Program-made: the position numbers and the translations under genes
Notes under the pieces: model-generated
Database searches by the model: none
What the model was told of the DNA's origin: nothing
Seen by the model: only the letters and a program-made list of their open reading frames with translations
Source of the DNA: an uncultured Clostridia bacterium
Lineage (GTDB): Bacteria; Bacillota; Clostridia; TANB77; CAG-465
Direction of reading: 5' to 3'
Length of the DNA stretch: 64,000 bases
Assembly: GCA_944383015.1 (NCBI GenBank)
Contig: CALWOC010000001.1
Location: forward strand, 228,148 to 292,147
Shown here: positions 52,162 to 62,796 of the stretch, one piece after another
Layout: every line of letters starts with the position of its first letter
How positions within the stretch are numbered: position 1 is the stretch's first letter

Positions 52162-52691
52162 CTTTCTTTTATAAATTCATCTACTTTTTTAGTGGCATCA
52201 AAAAAAACATCTTGTAGCTTTTCAATTTCATCTTTTTTAAATTTTTGTAATACAAAATCTACCATATCTTGTCTTTCATTTTTTAAGCTACCAAGACCAA
52301 TTCTAAGTCTTGAAATATCTTCACTAGATAACATTTGAATAACATTTTTCATGCCATTATGTGAACCACCACTTCCCTTTAATCTATATCTAAAAGTTCC
52401 AAATGGAATATCAATATCATCAAATACTACTAAGATATCTTTATTTTCTAATTTATACCACTGCTTTAGTTTTGAAACTGAATTTCCACTTAAATTCATA
52501 AAAGTAATTGGCTTTGCAAAAATAACTTTTTCTCCTTTTAACCTAGTTTCTCCAACTAATGCATCACACATATTTTTCTTTATTTCTACATTATAAACTT
52601 TAGATAAATAATCAATAAAAAGCCATCCTACATTATGTCTTGTTTGACTATATTTATCACCTGGATTTCCTAATCCTACTATGAGTTTCAT
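52158..52691 (-). CDS. pth: Peptidyl-tRNA hydrolase
   Basis: LIVGLGNPG..Y..TRHNVG motif. Confidence 0.95.
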   Translation of the reverse strand: MKLIVGLGNPGDKYSQTRHNVGWLFIDYLSKVYNVEIKKNMCDALVGETRLKGEKVIFAKPITFMNLSGNSVSKLKQWYKLENKDILVVFDDIDIPFGTFRYRLKGSGGSHNGMKNVIQMLSSEDISRLRIGLGSLKNERQDMVDFVLQKFKKDEIEKLQDVFFDATKKVDEFIKES

Positions 52692-52812
52692 TTTTATTTT
52701 ACCTTCCCTTTTTTTTATATATTAAAAACTATCATTTTTTCTTCTTACTTTTAGCAAAAACCCTTGAAAAAATAAGTATTTTATAGTATCATTATATATG
52801 AATTAGTTTAAT

Positions 52813-55362
52813 ATGTCAATTAGACGTTTTAAAACTATTTATATTACTGAAAGTGGTGATTTCGTTTTGATAAATGATCTTTTTAAGAAATTACATATAA
52901 AAGCTAAACCTGAAAAAGCTTTAACATATATTCTTTATGCAATAAGTATAATAGTTGCTCTATTTTCACTAGCACAAATTTTAAGTTTAGCTTCTGGAAA
53001 TATTAGAATTAGTGATTGGGTTGATTTAGATTCTTTGATGCCTTACTTTACATCAATACTATTTATTATTCCACCACTTGCTTTTTCATTTTTTGTAAAT
53101 TCTGGTATTCCAAAAGGTGATAATAACAAAATTAATATGTTTATATTCACTTGTGTACTTTTAGCCTTACCAGTATTATATTCAATTACTACAATGGTAA
53201 ATTGGATAGCTTGGCAAGTATTAGAAAGTTTACCAAAATATGAGCAGGTTTTACGTACTTATCCAGAGTTTATATCACCAGCTATTAGATCTATTTGTTT
53301 AATAGTACCATTTTTATCTATAACTAGAATATTAGATTACTTTTTATCTATATATAATAGTGAAGATTTAACAAAAGCAATTTCCGGTTATGTAGGCTTA
53401 ACTGTAAATGGCGGTAAAAAGAAAAGTGATGCATTTGACTGTAATACTGTGATAGGTACAGCTAAAGGAACATCTCTTCCTGTTGTTGTTCCAGAGAAAA
53501 AACGTTATGAAGCAACTTTAGTTCAAGGTGCTACTGGTACAGGTAAAACAGCAACAGTTTTACTACCTATGAGTGCACTTGATTTAGAGAAAAAATTTTT
53601 CTTTAGAGAATATGCTAAAAAAATTGGATATTCTATGTTAAAAAGAGGAATAGCCTACATGAATGGACCTTATGACAATAGATATGTCAATAGAAACTTT
53701 AGTCTTAATCTACTAAGACCAAAAACTGGTATGGAAGAGCAATTTGAAAATGAAGTTGAACCTCTTGTTCAATATAAAGATAATGCAACAGGTACAACAA
53801 CATATAGAAATTTAGGAATAACAATAGTTGAAAATGATGGTAATTTTATTTCACAATTTATAGGTGTTGCAAAGAATTTTGATATAGATGTATTATCAAT
53901 AGATCCAGCTAGTCCTGAAACAACATTAAGTATTAATCCATTTGCAATTCCTGATCCTGCAAAAGCAGCTTCAATTGTTGCAGATGTACTTATGGCAATG
54001 TATGGTAGTGAATCTAAGGGAAGTAGTGATCCATTCTTCACACAAGTAACAATAGATGCATTCCAAAACTTAACAATATTACTTAAAGAAATGTATCCTA
54101 TCCTTCATAATGGAGAAATGGCATCTCTTGAAGATATGCTAGAACTACTATATAACTTTGATGCTGTAGAAGAAATGACAGAAGAAATGAAAAAAATACC
54201 AGAATTAGAAGTAAAATATAAACTTTTAATAAAATATTTTGAAAAAAATTTCTATAAACCAAGTCTAAATATTAATGGATATGAAATTCCAGGAACACGT
54301 GGAAGTGGTAGAAAAGATACTGAAAGATTTCTATATGGAGCTATTACACAACTTAACAATTTAATTCGTAATCCAGGTCTTAAAGCTGCTCTATGTGGAA
54401 AACAAAATGTAATAGATTTTGATTTAGCTCTTGCAAATGGAAGTGTAATAACAGCTTGTTCAAGAAAAGGTGACCTAGGTATTATACAAGCTAAAGCTTT
54501 TGGTATGTTCTTTATTTTACAATTCCAAGACGCAGTACTTAGAAGAAAAGGAAATGAAGATTCAAGAGTTCCTCATTTCTTATATATAGATGAATTTCCA
54601 GAATATATAACAAAGGATATGGATGTAATGTTCACTTTATTTAGAAAATATAGATGTGGTGTTACAGTAGCAATACAAAACTTATCTCAACTTGAAAAAT
54701 CTGGTCACTCATATTATAAGCAAACAGTTCTTGCAAATACAAAAACACAAATTGTATTTGGTGATACTGTACCAGAAGATACAGACTACTGGTTTAAAGC
54801 ATTTGGTATGGAGAAAAAAGTTGATAAATCAGTCGATTACAATCTTAAAGATGGTGAAATGGTTGATTCAACAAAAATTACTGTTAAAGATAAAGAAAGA
54901 ATTAAAAAACATAAACTTGCCGAACTTGGATTTGGATCTATGTTCTATAAGACAAAAAATGCAAGTGGCAAAACTATATTTGGTGAAGGTAAAACTTCAT
55001 TTCTTGCAGATAAGTACAAAGAAAAACAAAATACACTTATGTTTAACTTTGAAAAATATATGATGTCTAAACCAGATACACCAACTATTACAATGAATGA
55101 TAGTGATAATTCTACAAATGATGATGCACTATTTGGTGTAAACACTTCTAATAGACTAAAGAAAGAACTTCAAAAAGAAGAAAATAATTCTTCAAATGTA
55201 AACACAAATCCTGACTTTATTACTATAGGCAATGATGATAATCAATCAGATGATATTGAAATAGTAATTGAAGATGGTGGTGTAACACTTGATCAACAAG
55301 GTAATGGAAGTGCAATAACAGAACATTATGAATCACCAATAATAAAAAGAAATAAAAAATAA
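52813..55362 (+). CDS. VirD4/TraG-family type IV coupling protein (T4CP)-like ATPase with a polytopic N-terminus
   Basis: At least 4 hydrophobic segments in the first 180 aa or so. Walker A VQGATGTGKTAT and Walker B HFLYIDEFPEY. Asn/Asp-rich tail. No obvious SD. Confidence 0.7.
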   Translation: MSIRRFKTIYITESGDFVLINDLFKKLHIKAKPEKALTYILYAISIIVALFSLAQILSLASGNIRISDWVDLDSLMPYFTSILFIIPPLAFSFFVNSGIPKGDNNKINMFIFTCVLLALPVLYSITTMVNWIAWQVLESLPKYEQVLRTYPEFISPAIRSICLIVPFLSITRILDYFLSIYNSEDLTKAISGYVGLTVNGGKKKSDAFDCNTVIGTAKGTSLPVVVPEKKRYEATLVQGATGTGKTATVLLPMSALDLEKKFFFREYAKKIGYSMLKRGIAYMNGPYDNRYVNRNFSLNLLRPKTGMEEQFENEVEPLVQYKDNATGTTTYRNLGITIVENDGNFISQFIGVAKNFDIDVLSIDPASPETTLSINPFAIPDPAKAASIVADVLMAMYGSESKGSSDPFFTQVTIDAFQNLTILLKEMYPILHNGEMASLEDMLELLYNFDAVEEMTEEMKKIPELEVKYKLLIKYFEKNFYKPSLNINGYEIPGTRGSGRKDTERFLYGAITQLNNLIRNPGLKAALCGKQNVIDFDLALANGSVITACSRKGDLGIIQAKAFGMFFILQFQDAVLRRKGNEDSRVPHFLYIDEFPEYITKDMDVMFTLFRKYRCGVTVAIQNLSQLEKSGHSYYKQTVLANTKTQIVFGDTVPEDTDYWFKAFGMEKKVDKSVDYNLKDGEMVDSTKITVKDKERIKKHKLAELGFGSMFYKTKNASGKTIFGEGKTSFLADKYKEKQNTLMFNFEKYMMSKPDTPTITMNDSDNSTNDDALFGVNTSNRLKKELQKEENNSSNVNTNPDFITIGNDDNQSDDIEIVIEDGGVTLDQQGNGSAITEHYESPIIKRNKK

Positions 55363-55370
55363 AATATAAA

Positions 55371-55399
55371 AGATTCTCTTATTTTACTTAAGAGAATCT
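55371..55399. terminator. Bidirectional terminator
   Basis: Stem agattctctta/taagagaatct followed by a T-run. Confidence 0.7.
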
Positions 55400-55421
55400 T
55401 TTTTCATACAATAAACATTCA

Positions 55422-56417
55422 TTAGTTATATTTTTTTACTTTAGTAAAATTCATTTTTTCTAAAACATCTTTTTCAAATGCATTTACTGCATAGGAATAT
55501 CCAGCTATTATATTGTATCCCTTTTTCTTTCTTATATTTATAAATTTATTTACTTCTCTGATAATCTTTTCTATACTGTCTTTATTTTGATATTCACTTC
55601 TTAAGACAATAGAATTTATATTTATATAGTAATTTCCCTTTTTATTAAAAGGAACTATATCAGTAATTTCATATTCATCATAAATTTTATTAAAATCAAG
55701 AATATTTTTAAATATTTCTTTTTTTACACTAAGTATATTTATATACCCTATTATATTACTATTTTCCTTTATTAATATATAGCTATTTTTCTCCGCTTTA
55801 TATAATTGAAACATTTTATCTTTTGTCCAAAGGAATTGGTTGTCATATACTTGTTTATCCAATTTATATAAATTACTTATAGCATTTTTAGATATATACT
55901 TTCCCATAAAAGTATGTACATTTTTTCTATTTAAAAATTTCTTATACCCATATAATACAATGCTAAGATTAGAAATAACTAATGTTAAATCAGATAACAC
56001 ACCAGCGTAATCTAAAATTACTAAATCATATACTACCCATAACAAATTAGAAAAAATCCCCCCAACAACTGCAGCTTTTTCACTAACTATTATCATATAG
56101 CTATCAATTAAACTAGCAAATATTGGAATAATACATAAAAGACCATCATTTGATATTATTGCAATTAGTAAATATATTGGTATTGTTAGAATAAATATAA
56201 ATTTATCTTTATCTGTTTTATAATATCCAAAACCTTTTAAAAGTTCAAAAACACTTATAAGTAATCCTGACCACGCATTAAGTAAAGCATAACAAATACA
56301 ATCTAGCAATGATGATATTAATTGCATTAATAAAACTTTATTAACCTTTTTACTGTAATAGCTCAATAAAAAAATAACCCAAGATACTACTCCTAATATT
56401 TGTGCAGCTATATACAT
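55422..56417 (-). CDS. Fusion protein: YgjV-like 5-TM membrane domain + C-terminal GNAT-like acetyltransferase domain
   Basis: N-terminal half has YgjV-like helices. C-terminal half (..YININSIVLRSEYQNKDSIEKIIREV..AVNAFEKDVLEKMNFTKV) is GNAT-like by eye. Confidence 0.5.
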   Translation of the reverse strand: MYIAAQILGVVSWVIFLLSYYSKKVNKVLLMQLISSLLDCICYALLNAWSGLLISVFELLKGFGYYKTDKDKFIFILTIPIYLLIAIISNDGLLCIIPIFASLIDSYMIIVSEKAAVVGGIFSNLLWVVYDLVILDYAGVLSDLTLVISNLSIVLYGYKKFLNRKNVHTFMGKYISKNAISNLYKLDKQVYDNQFLWTKDKMFQLYKAEKNSYILIKENSNIIGYINILSVKKEIFKNILDFNKIYDEYEITDIVPFNKKGNYYININSIVLRSEYQNKDSIEKIIREVNKFINIRKKKGYNIIAGYSYAVNAFEKDVLEKMNFTKVKKYN

Positions 56418-56437
56418 GTTTCTTCCTCCTATAAATA

Positions 56438-57471
56438 TTAAATAATTTCTTTTTCATATAAAATACATTCATTAGTTATATTCTTTACTTTAACAAAGTT
56501 TAATTTTAATAAAATTTCAGTTTCGAAAGAATTTACAGAAAAACAATTAATTCTCTTTATCTTAAATCCTTTATTTATTTTAGTTTTTATAAACTTATTT
56601 ATTGAATGTACGATTTTTTCAACAGAATCTTTATTTTGATACTCATTTTTTAGCACAATAGAATTAATGCTTAAATAATAATTTTTTTTGTTTTAAAAAC
56701 TTGTATATCATTATTTTCAAAAGAATCATATATTTTATCTGAATTCATCATTTTGTTATATACTTTTGAGTCTATATTTAATATATTAATATAACCAATT
56801 AATTCACTTTTATCTTTTATTAAAATATAACTATTTTTTTCACTCTTATACATGCTATTCATAATATCTACATTCCATAGATACATGCAATCATAATAAT
56901 TTTTATCTAATTTATATAATTTATTCATTGTATCTTTTGATATATATTTTCCACTAACAGTATATACATTATCTCTATTTAAAAATTTAGTATACCCATA
57001 TATTAATATACTTAAATTAGATATCACAAGCATTAAATCTGTTAATACAACTATATAATCTAAATAATATAAATCATATATAATCCATAGTGTATTTGAT
57101 ATAACTCCTGTTATAACCATTAATTTTTTACTTTTTAATGCTCCATATCCATCAAGTAAGCTAGCAATAATAGGAATTAGTATTAATATACTCTTTTCAG
57201 ATATAAAAGCTATTAAAATATATATTGGAATTGTAAAATAAAAAATATATCTATCTTTATCTGTTTTATAATACCCTATCTCTTTTAACAGTTCAAATCC
57301 ACTAATAAAAAGTCCTCCCCATGCACCTAATAGACCATAATTTGCACAATATAAAACAGAAGATATAATTTGCATAAATATAATTTTATTTAAATTTTTA
57401 GAATAATAACTTAAAAGAAAAAAAATCCAAGCGATAGCACCAATTATCTGCGCTATTAATTCAATATTCAT
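56438..57471 (-). pseudogene. Tandem paralog of the YgjV-GNAT fusion, split by a -1 frame change in an A8 tract
   Basis: The 266-aa ORF stops just after ACA AAA AAA ATT (T8 on the plus strand, 56682-56689). The -1 frame continues KKNYYLSINSIVLKNEYQNKDSVEKIV.., colinear with the intact paralog. Confidence 0.6.
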
Positions 57472-57598
57472 AAAATCAACCTACCATATAAAACTCAAAT
57501 ATTATTTTTATTATATTGTATAATAAAAATTTAGTCAAATATAAAGATGGATTTAACAATAAACCCATCTTTATTTACATACTTTATATATTATTTTA

Positions 57599-58459
57599 CT
57601 AATCTTCTTTTTCATATACTATTAAAGTTCTTTCTTTACCTGTATATTCTAAGCTTTTTATATTCTCTAATGTGTCTTTTATAGTTTTTTTATTTTTAAA
57701 AAATGGTTCACAACCATCTGAATATGCACAAATATATTTTATATTATTTAACTTTACCTTATATGTATTAATATAATATTCTGCATTTTTCTCTCCTGAA
57801 AATGCACCAAAAGAAATACTTTTACCATTATATTTCTTGCTTGGACAGTTTCTATATTCTTTTCTTACCATTGCTCGATCTTTTGGACTATCCCATGAAA
57901 AAATATTATTCTTAGAATAAACATCTCTAAGATATTTTTCAAAATAACTATGATTATTAATTGTATTAAATATAACATTAAAGTCTGAGTCTAAAAGCGT
58001 TATATGGCAGTCTCCTAAAGAAAAGCAATATAAATAATCTCCTACGATTATTCCTCCAACAGCTTCACAACAATAATAATCTTCTTTTAAATAATCAATA
58101 ACTCTATTATCATTAATACTTTTAAGTGCATAATTACATTGCTTAGCAATTTTTAGAATAATTTTTTTATTAATTTTTTCGTGAGAGTACTTACTAATTT
58201 CATTTATAAATGTTTTACATACTATTTGTGCAGCTTTAGATGCTCCACTAGGATTTGGATATTTTTCTATCCACTCCATAGCTTCTTCATAAGTTTGAGG
58301 ATATATAACAGGATTTCCGTATATATCATCTCTAGTAACGCCATCTGCAACACAAAAGCTTAAATCATTTATATCAAAGTAATCCTCAACTACAGGTTTT
58401 AAATTGTTTTTAGTAAAAATAACATTATCAAGTATTTTGTCATACTTCAATTTAAACAC
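57599..58459 (-). CDS. PP2C-like (PP2C_2-type) phosphatase-domain protein
   Basis: FCVADGVTRD, SLGDCHI and AYSDGCEPFF motifs. Start codon uncertain. Confidence 0.4.
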   Translation of the reverse strand: MFKLKYDKILDNVIFTKNNLKPVVEDYFDINDLSFCVADGVTRDDIYGNPVIYPQTYEEAMEWIEKYPNPSGASKAAQIVCKTFINEISKYSHEKINKKIILKIAKQCNYALKSINDNRVIDYLKEDYYCCEAVGGIIVGDYLYCFSLGDCHITLLDSDFNVIFNTINNHSYFEKYLRDVYSKNNIFSWDSPKDRAMVRKEYRNCPSKKYNGKSISFGAFSGEKNAEYYINTYKVKLNNIKYICAYSDGCEPFFKNKKTIKDTLENIKSLEYTGKERTLIVYEKED

Positions 58460-58652
58460 TTTTTACATTAAACACCTCGAATTTTATTAAAAAATATATT
58501 ATTTTTAAAACTCTATTCCTGTACTTTTTTCCCCTCACATCCTATCCTCAAAGTATAGCATTTTAATCTATAATTGATGTCGTAAATTATACAACAATTA
58601 TTCTTAAAATTCAATATGTTATTATAACTTTAAATGTTTTTTATAATATAAA

Positions 58653-58680
58653 AATGTCAACATAGTTAAATGTTGACATT
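58653..58680 (-). terminator. secA terminator
   Basis: Perfect 10-bp stem aatgtcaaca/tgttgacatt. Confidence 0.65.
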
Positions 58681-58731
58681 AATCTTTTCTTATAATTTTA
58701 CAATTGTTCAAAATCTTAATTTTCCCTTTAT

Positions 58732-61488
58732 TTATGCGTTCTTACCACAACATTGCTTATATTTTTTTCCACTTCCGCAAGGACATGGGTCATTTCTTCC
58801 TACTTTTTTTTCTGCTTTTACAGGTTTTCTTTTTGGAGTATCCTCACCTGCACCACTAGTCATAATGTTTGTAACTCTATTATTCATTTTTACATTAAGC
58901 ACTTCTTCTTTTTTCTTTGGTCTTAATGAAAATACTGCCTTTACAGCTTCTTGTCTTATATCCTCATTTAATTGTTCAAACATATTATATGATTCAATTT
59001 TATATGCTTGAAGTGGATTTGTTTGAGCATAAGCTCTTAGTCCTATTCCCTCTTTTAAAGCAGTAATAGCATCTATATGATCCATCCATTTTTGATTTAC
59101 AGTATTAAGAACTAAGTATTTTGCTATCTTATTAAATTGATCTTCAATATTTAAATTTTTAGCTTCATCAATTCTTTTTTGATAAATAGCATCAACTTTA
59201 GTCTTTAATAATTCAATCATATCTTCTTCATTTAAGCTTTTTATATCTTCTTTAGAAATTATATTATCTTCACTAAATAAATTCTTTAAAATAGCATTTA
59301 CAGCCGAATAATCTACACTTTCAATATTATCTGCTGAGGCAAAATATTCCTTAGCTATATGCTCTAATAATCCTGAATATAATTTTTTTACTATCTCAGA
59401 TATATCTTCAGCTGCTATAACTTCTCTTCTTTGAGAATAAATGATTTCTCTTTGTTGATTCATTACGTCATCATATTCAAGTACATTTTTTCTTATACTA
59501 TAGTTTCTTCCTTCAACTTTCTTTTGCGCTGTTTCAATAGTATTTGTTAACATCTTTTGCTCAATAGGCATATCATCTGGTATTCCTAAAGCATCTACTA
59601 CTGCTGCCATTTTATCTGATCCAAATAATTTCATTAAATCATCATCCATAGCTATATAAAATCTTGAAGCACCTGGATCTCCCTGACGACCAGAACGACC
59701 TCTTAGCTGATTATCTATACGACGTGATTCATGTCTTTCACTACCAATAATCATAAGTCCACCAGCTTCAATTACTTTTTCTTTTTCTTTTTGAACTTCA
59801 GGTCTATATTTATCTTCAATTTCTTTCATATCTTTTTTAGCTTGAATTATTCTTGGATCTTTATTTTCTATTGGTGTTATTGCAAGCTCAATTTCTTCTG
59901 GTTCGTATCCTTTTTTAGCAAGCTCACTTCTTACCATATATTCTAAGTTACCACCAAGCATAATATCTGTACCACGACCTGCCATATTTGTTGCAATAGT
60001 TACTGCTTTATACTTACCTGCCTGTGCAATAATTTCTGCTTCTTTTTCGTGAAATTTAGCATTCAATACTTGATGAGGTATTTTCTTTTTCTTTAATAAT
60101 CCACTAATTATCTCAGATTTATCTATAGAAACTGTACCAACTAGAACTGGTTGACCTTTTTGATAACAAGCTTCTACTTCATTTACTATTGCATTAAACT
60201 TTGCCTTTTGAGTTTTATATATTACATCATTATAGTCTTTTCTAATCACAGGTTTATTTGTTGGTATTTCAACTATATCAAGTTTATATATTCCTTTAAA
60301 TTCATCTTCTTCTGTTTTAGCGGTACCTGTCATACCAGCAAGCTTATTATATAATCTAAAATAATTTTGGAAAGTTATTGTTGCAAGAGTTTGAGACTCG
60401 TTTGCTATAGTAACGCCCTCTTTTGCCTCAATTGCTTGATGAAGTCCATCACTATATCTTCTTCCATCCATTATACGTCCTGTAAATTCGTCAACAATTA
60501 AAACTTTATCATCTCTTACAATATAATCCTTATCTTTTGCCATTATACCATAAGCTCTTAAAGCTTGATTTATATGATGTGATATTGCAAGATTAGAAAC
60601 ATCAGACAAAGATTCAATAGCAAAATATTTTTCTGCTTTTTTAGTTCCTGTATTTGTTAAAGCAACAGTCTTTGCTTTTAAGTCTACAATGTAATCATAA
60701 TCATCATCTGATTCATCAAATTCTTTATCATTATTTTCAACTATTTTTCTTGGCTTTAATGTTTTTACAAAACTATCTGCTCTTTTATACAAATCACTTT
60801 GTTTATTAACATTACCAGATATAATAAGAGGAGTTCTTGCCTCATCAATTAATATACTATCGATTTCATCTACTATTGCATAATTTAATTCTCTTTGCAC
60901 CATAGACTCTTTATCCATAGTCATATTATCTCTTAAATAATCAAAACCAAATTCATTATTTGTTCCATATGTAATATCTGATTGATAAGCTTTTCTTTTT
61001 TCTTCTGGAGTCATATTAGGAACAACAAGACCTACACTTAAACCTAAAAAATTATATAATTTTCCCATCCATAAACTATCTCTTTTGGCTAGATAGTCAT
61101 TTACTGTTACAACATGTACTCCTTTTCCAGATAAAGCATTCAAATAAACAGGTAATGTTGCAACTAAAGTCTTACCTTCACCAGTTTTCATTTCAGCAAT
61201 TCTTCCTTGATGTATAATTATCCCACCAATAAGCTGAACCCTAAAATGTCTCATTCCTAATACTCTACTTGAAGCTTCGGCAACTGTTGCATATGCTTCT
61301 GGCAAAATATCATCTAAAGTTTCACCATTTTCTAATCTCTTTTTAAATTCTACTGTTTTTTCTCTTAATTCTTCATCTTTTAAACTTTTTAGCTCTTCTT
61401 CGATTGCTTCTATTTTATCTACAATTGGTTCAATTCTTTTTATTTCTCTACCACTATAGCTACCAAATATTTTCTCTAATAGTTTCAT
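58732..61488 (-). CDS. secA: Preprotein translocase ATPase SecA (with C-terminal zinc-binding CPCGSGKKYKQCCG)
   Basis: Full-length SecA. Start MKLLEKIFG behind GGAGGG; the track ORF starts 9 codons upstream. Confidence 0.97.
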   Translation of the reverse strand: MKLLEKIFGSYSGREIKRIEPIVDKIEAIEEELKSLKDEELREKTVEFKKRLENGETLDDILPEAYATVAEASSRVLGMRHFRVQLIGGIIIHQGRIAEMKTGEGKTLVATLPVYLNALSGKGVHVVTVNDYLAKRDSLWMGKLYNFLGLSVGLVVPNMTPEEKRKAYQSDITYGTNNEFGFDYLRDNMTMDKESMVQRELNYAIVDEIDSILIDEARTPLIISGNVNKQSDLYKRADSFVKTLKPRKIVENNDKEFDESDDDYDYIVDLKAKTVALTNTGTKKAEKYFAIESLSDVSNLAISHHINQALRAYGIMAKDKDYIVRDDKVLIVDEFTGRIMDGRRYSDGLHQAIEAKEGVTIANESQTLATITFQNYFRLYNKLAGMTGTAKTEEDEFKGIYKLDIVEIPTNKPVIRKDYNDVIYKTQKAKFNAIVNEVEACYQKGQPVLVGTVSIDKSEIISGLLKKKKIPHQVLNAKFHEKEAEIIAQAGKYKAVTIATNMAGRGTDIMLGGNLEYMVRSELAKKGYEPEEIELAITPIENKDPRIIQAKKDMKEIEDKYRPEVQKEKEKVIEAGGLMIIGSERHESRRIDNQLRGRSGRQGDPGASRFYIAMDDDLMKLFGSDKMAAVVDALGIPDDMPIEQKMLTNTIETAQKKVEGRNYSIRKNVLEYDDVMNQQREIIYSQRREVIAAEDISEIVKKLYSGLLEHIAKEYFASADNIESVDYSAVNAILKNLFSEDNIISKEDIKSLNEEDMIELLKTKVDAIYQKRIDEAKNLNIEDQFNKIAKYLVLNTVNQKWMDHIDAITALKEGIGLRAYAQTNPLQAYKIESYNMFEQLNEDIRQEAVKAVFSLRPKKKEEVLNVKMNNRVTNIMTSGAGEDTPKRKPVKAEKKVGRNDPCPCGSGKKYKQCCGKNA

Positions 61489-61633
61489 ATTTTTTGCCCT
61501 CCAACTATCTTGCATTATATCATAAATATGTAAAAATTAAAATAGATATCGAATTTTTTTGATAAAATCAAAACATGTAATAAATTTAAGTTCTTAATAA
61601 TATATATTTAATAGGATTAATGGAGGAAGTTTT

Positions 61634-62125
61634 ATGTTTGTTCTAAATATAAAAATGGATTATAAAAAAATAATATTAGCTTGTATAATATGTGCAGCAA
61701 TCATTGCTTCAATTTTTGAATTTGCAATAAAAGATAATTTTGTACTTACAAGCTCTAGTATAGATACCTATGATTATGAAATTGACGATGATAACTTTAT
61801 ATCTAATATAGAAAAAATTCATAACAATTTAGATGAAAATATAGGAAAAACTATAAAAGTTATGGGATTTGTTTACACTATGCCAGATTTTAAAGAAGGC
61901 TTTTTTGTATGTGGAAGACATATTGAAATTGATAATCAAACACAAGTAGCAGGATATCTTTGTAATTATGTTGGTGATATGTCTCTTGTAGAAAATGAAT
62001 GGATAGAAATAACAGGAAGTATAATAAAAGGAGACTATAATGGTGAAATTCCAGTAATAAAAGTCAATTCAATAACAAAAATTCCAGCTCCTGCCAATAC
62101 ATTTATTAAAAGCAAAGAAAGTTAA
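61634..62125 (+). CDS. Membrane-anchored protein, DUF1980/TIGR03943-like C-terminal domain (weak call)
   Basis: N-terminal TM, then ..GKTIKVMGFVY..FFVCGRH..ENEWIEITGSI..IPVIKVNSITKIPAP. Confidence 0.35.
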   Translation: MFVLNIKMDYKKIILACIICAAIIASIFEFAIKDNFVLTSSSIDTYDYEIDDDNFISNIEKIHNNLDENIGKTIKVMGFVYTMPDFKEGFFVCGRHIEIDNQTQVAGYLCNYVGDMSLVENEWIEITGSIIKGDYNGEIPVIKVNSITKIPAPANTFIKSKES

Positions 62126-62126
62126 A

Positions 62127-62684
62127 TTACTTTCTTTGCTTTTTTACTTCTTTTTTTATATTTTCTATTATAGTGTTATCAATATCTTCATCTTTAATTT
62201 CAGGATCTGAATTTGTATCACTAAAGCACATTCTAACTAGTTTAGAATTTTTTATTTTTTCTATATGTGCCATAATAGTAGTATATAAAGTTATATACAC
62301 TTCTATATCGTACCCTTCTTTTTTTATAAGCTCTCTTACATATTCAACAGTCTTTGTATCTTGTGGATTTGCAAAAGCAACCAATATTGTATTACCATCT
62401 TTTTCAAAAGGCAGTGCTCTATATGTTATTATAATATCTGAAGGTAAAAAATTTAAAGGATTTATTGATAAATTTCTGTCAATTATTGCTGATTTTACAT
62501 TTAAATTAGATGATAAAACATCAAGCAAATCTTCTTTATCACACATATCTAAAACATCAACAATCTCTCCAAATTTTAATTCAGAATGTTCTGTTTGATA
62601 ATTTAATACTATATTAACATCTTTTTTTGTAAGTATTTTTCTTTTTATAAACTCTTCACCAATAAGTAATTTCTCATCATTCAT
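62127..62684 (-). CDS. Stand-alone GspE/MshE N-terminal (T2SSE_N)-like domain protein
   Basis: ..YRALPFEKDGNTILVAFANPQDTKTVEYVRELI.. follows the T2SSE_N pattern. No ATPase domain. Start at the ATG behind GGAGGGA. Confidence 0.5.
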   Translation of the reverse strand: MNDEKLLIGEEFIKRKILTKKDVNIVLNYQTEHSELKFGEIVDVLDMCDKEDLLDVLSSNLNVKSAIIDRNLSINPLNFLPSDIIITYRALPFEKDGNTILVAFANPQDTKTVEYVRELIKKEGYDIEVYITLYTTIMAHIEKIKNSKLVRMCFSDTNSDPEIKDEDIDNTIIENIKKEVKKQRK

Positions 62685-62796
62685 ATAATATCCCTCCAAA
62701 AATATATTTTTTCTTACATAATAATTATATCATATAATAATTAGAAAATTAATATATTATTTTGAAAAAAAGGTGAAATCTAAAAAAGATTTCACC

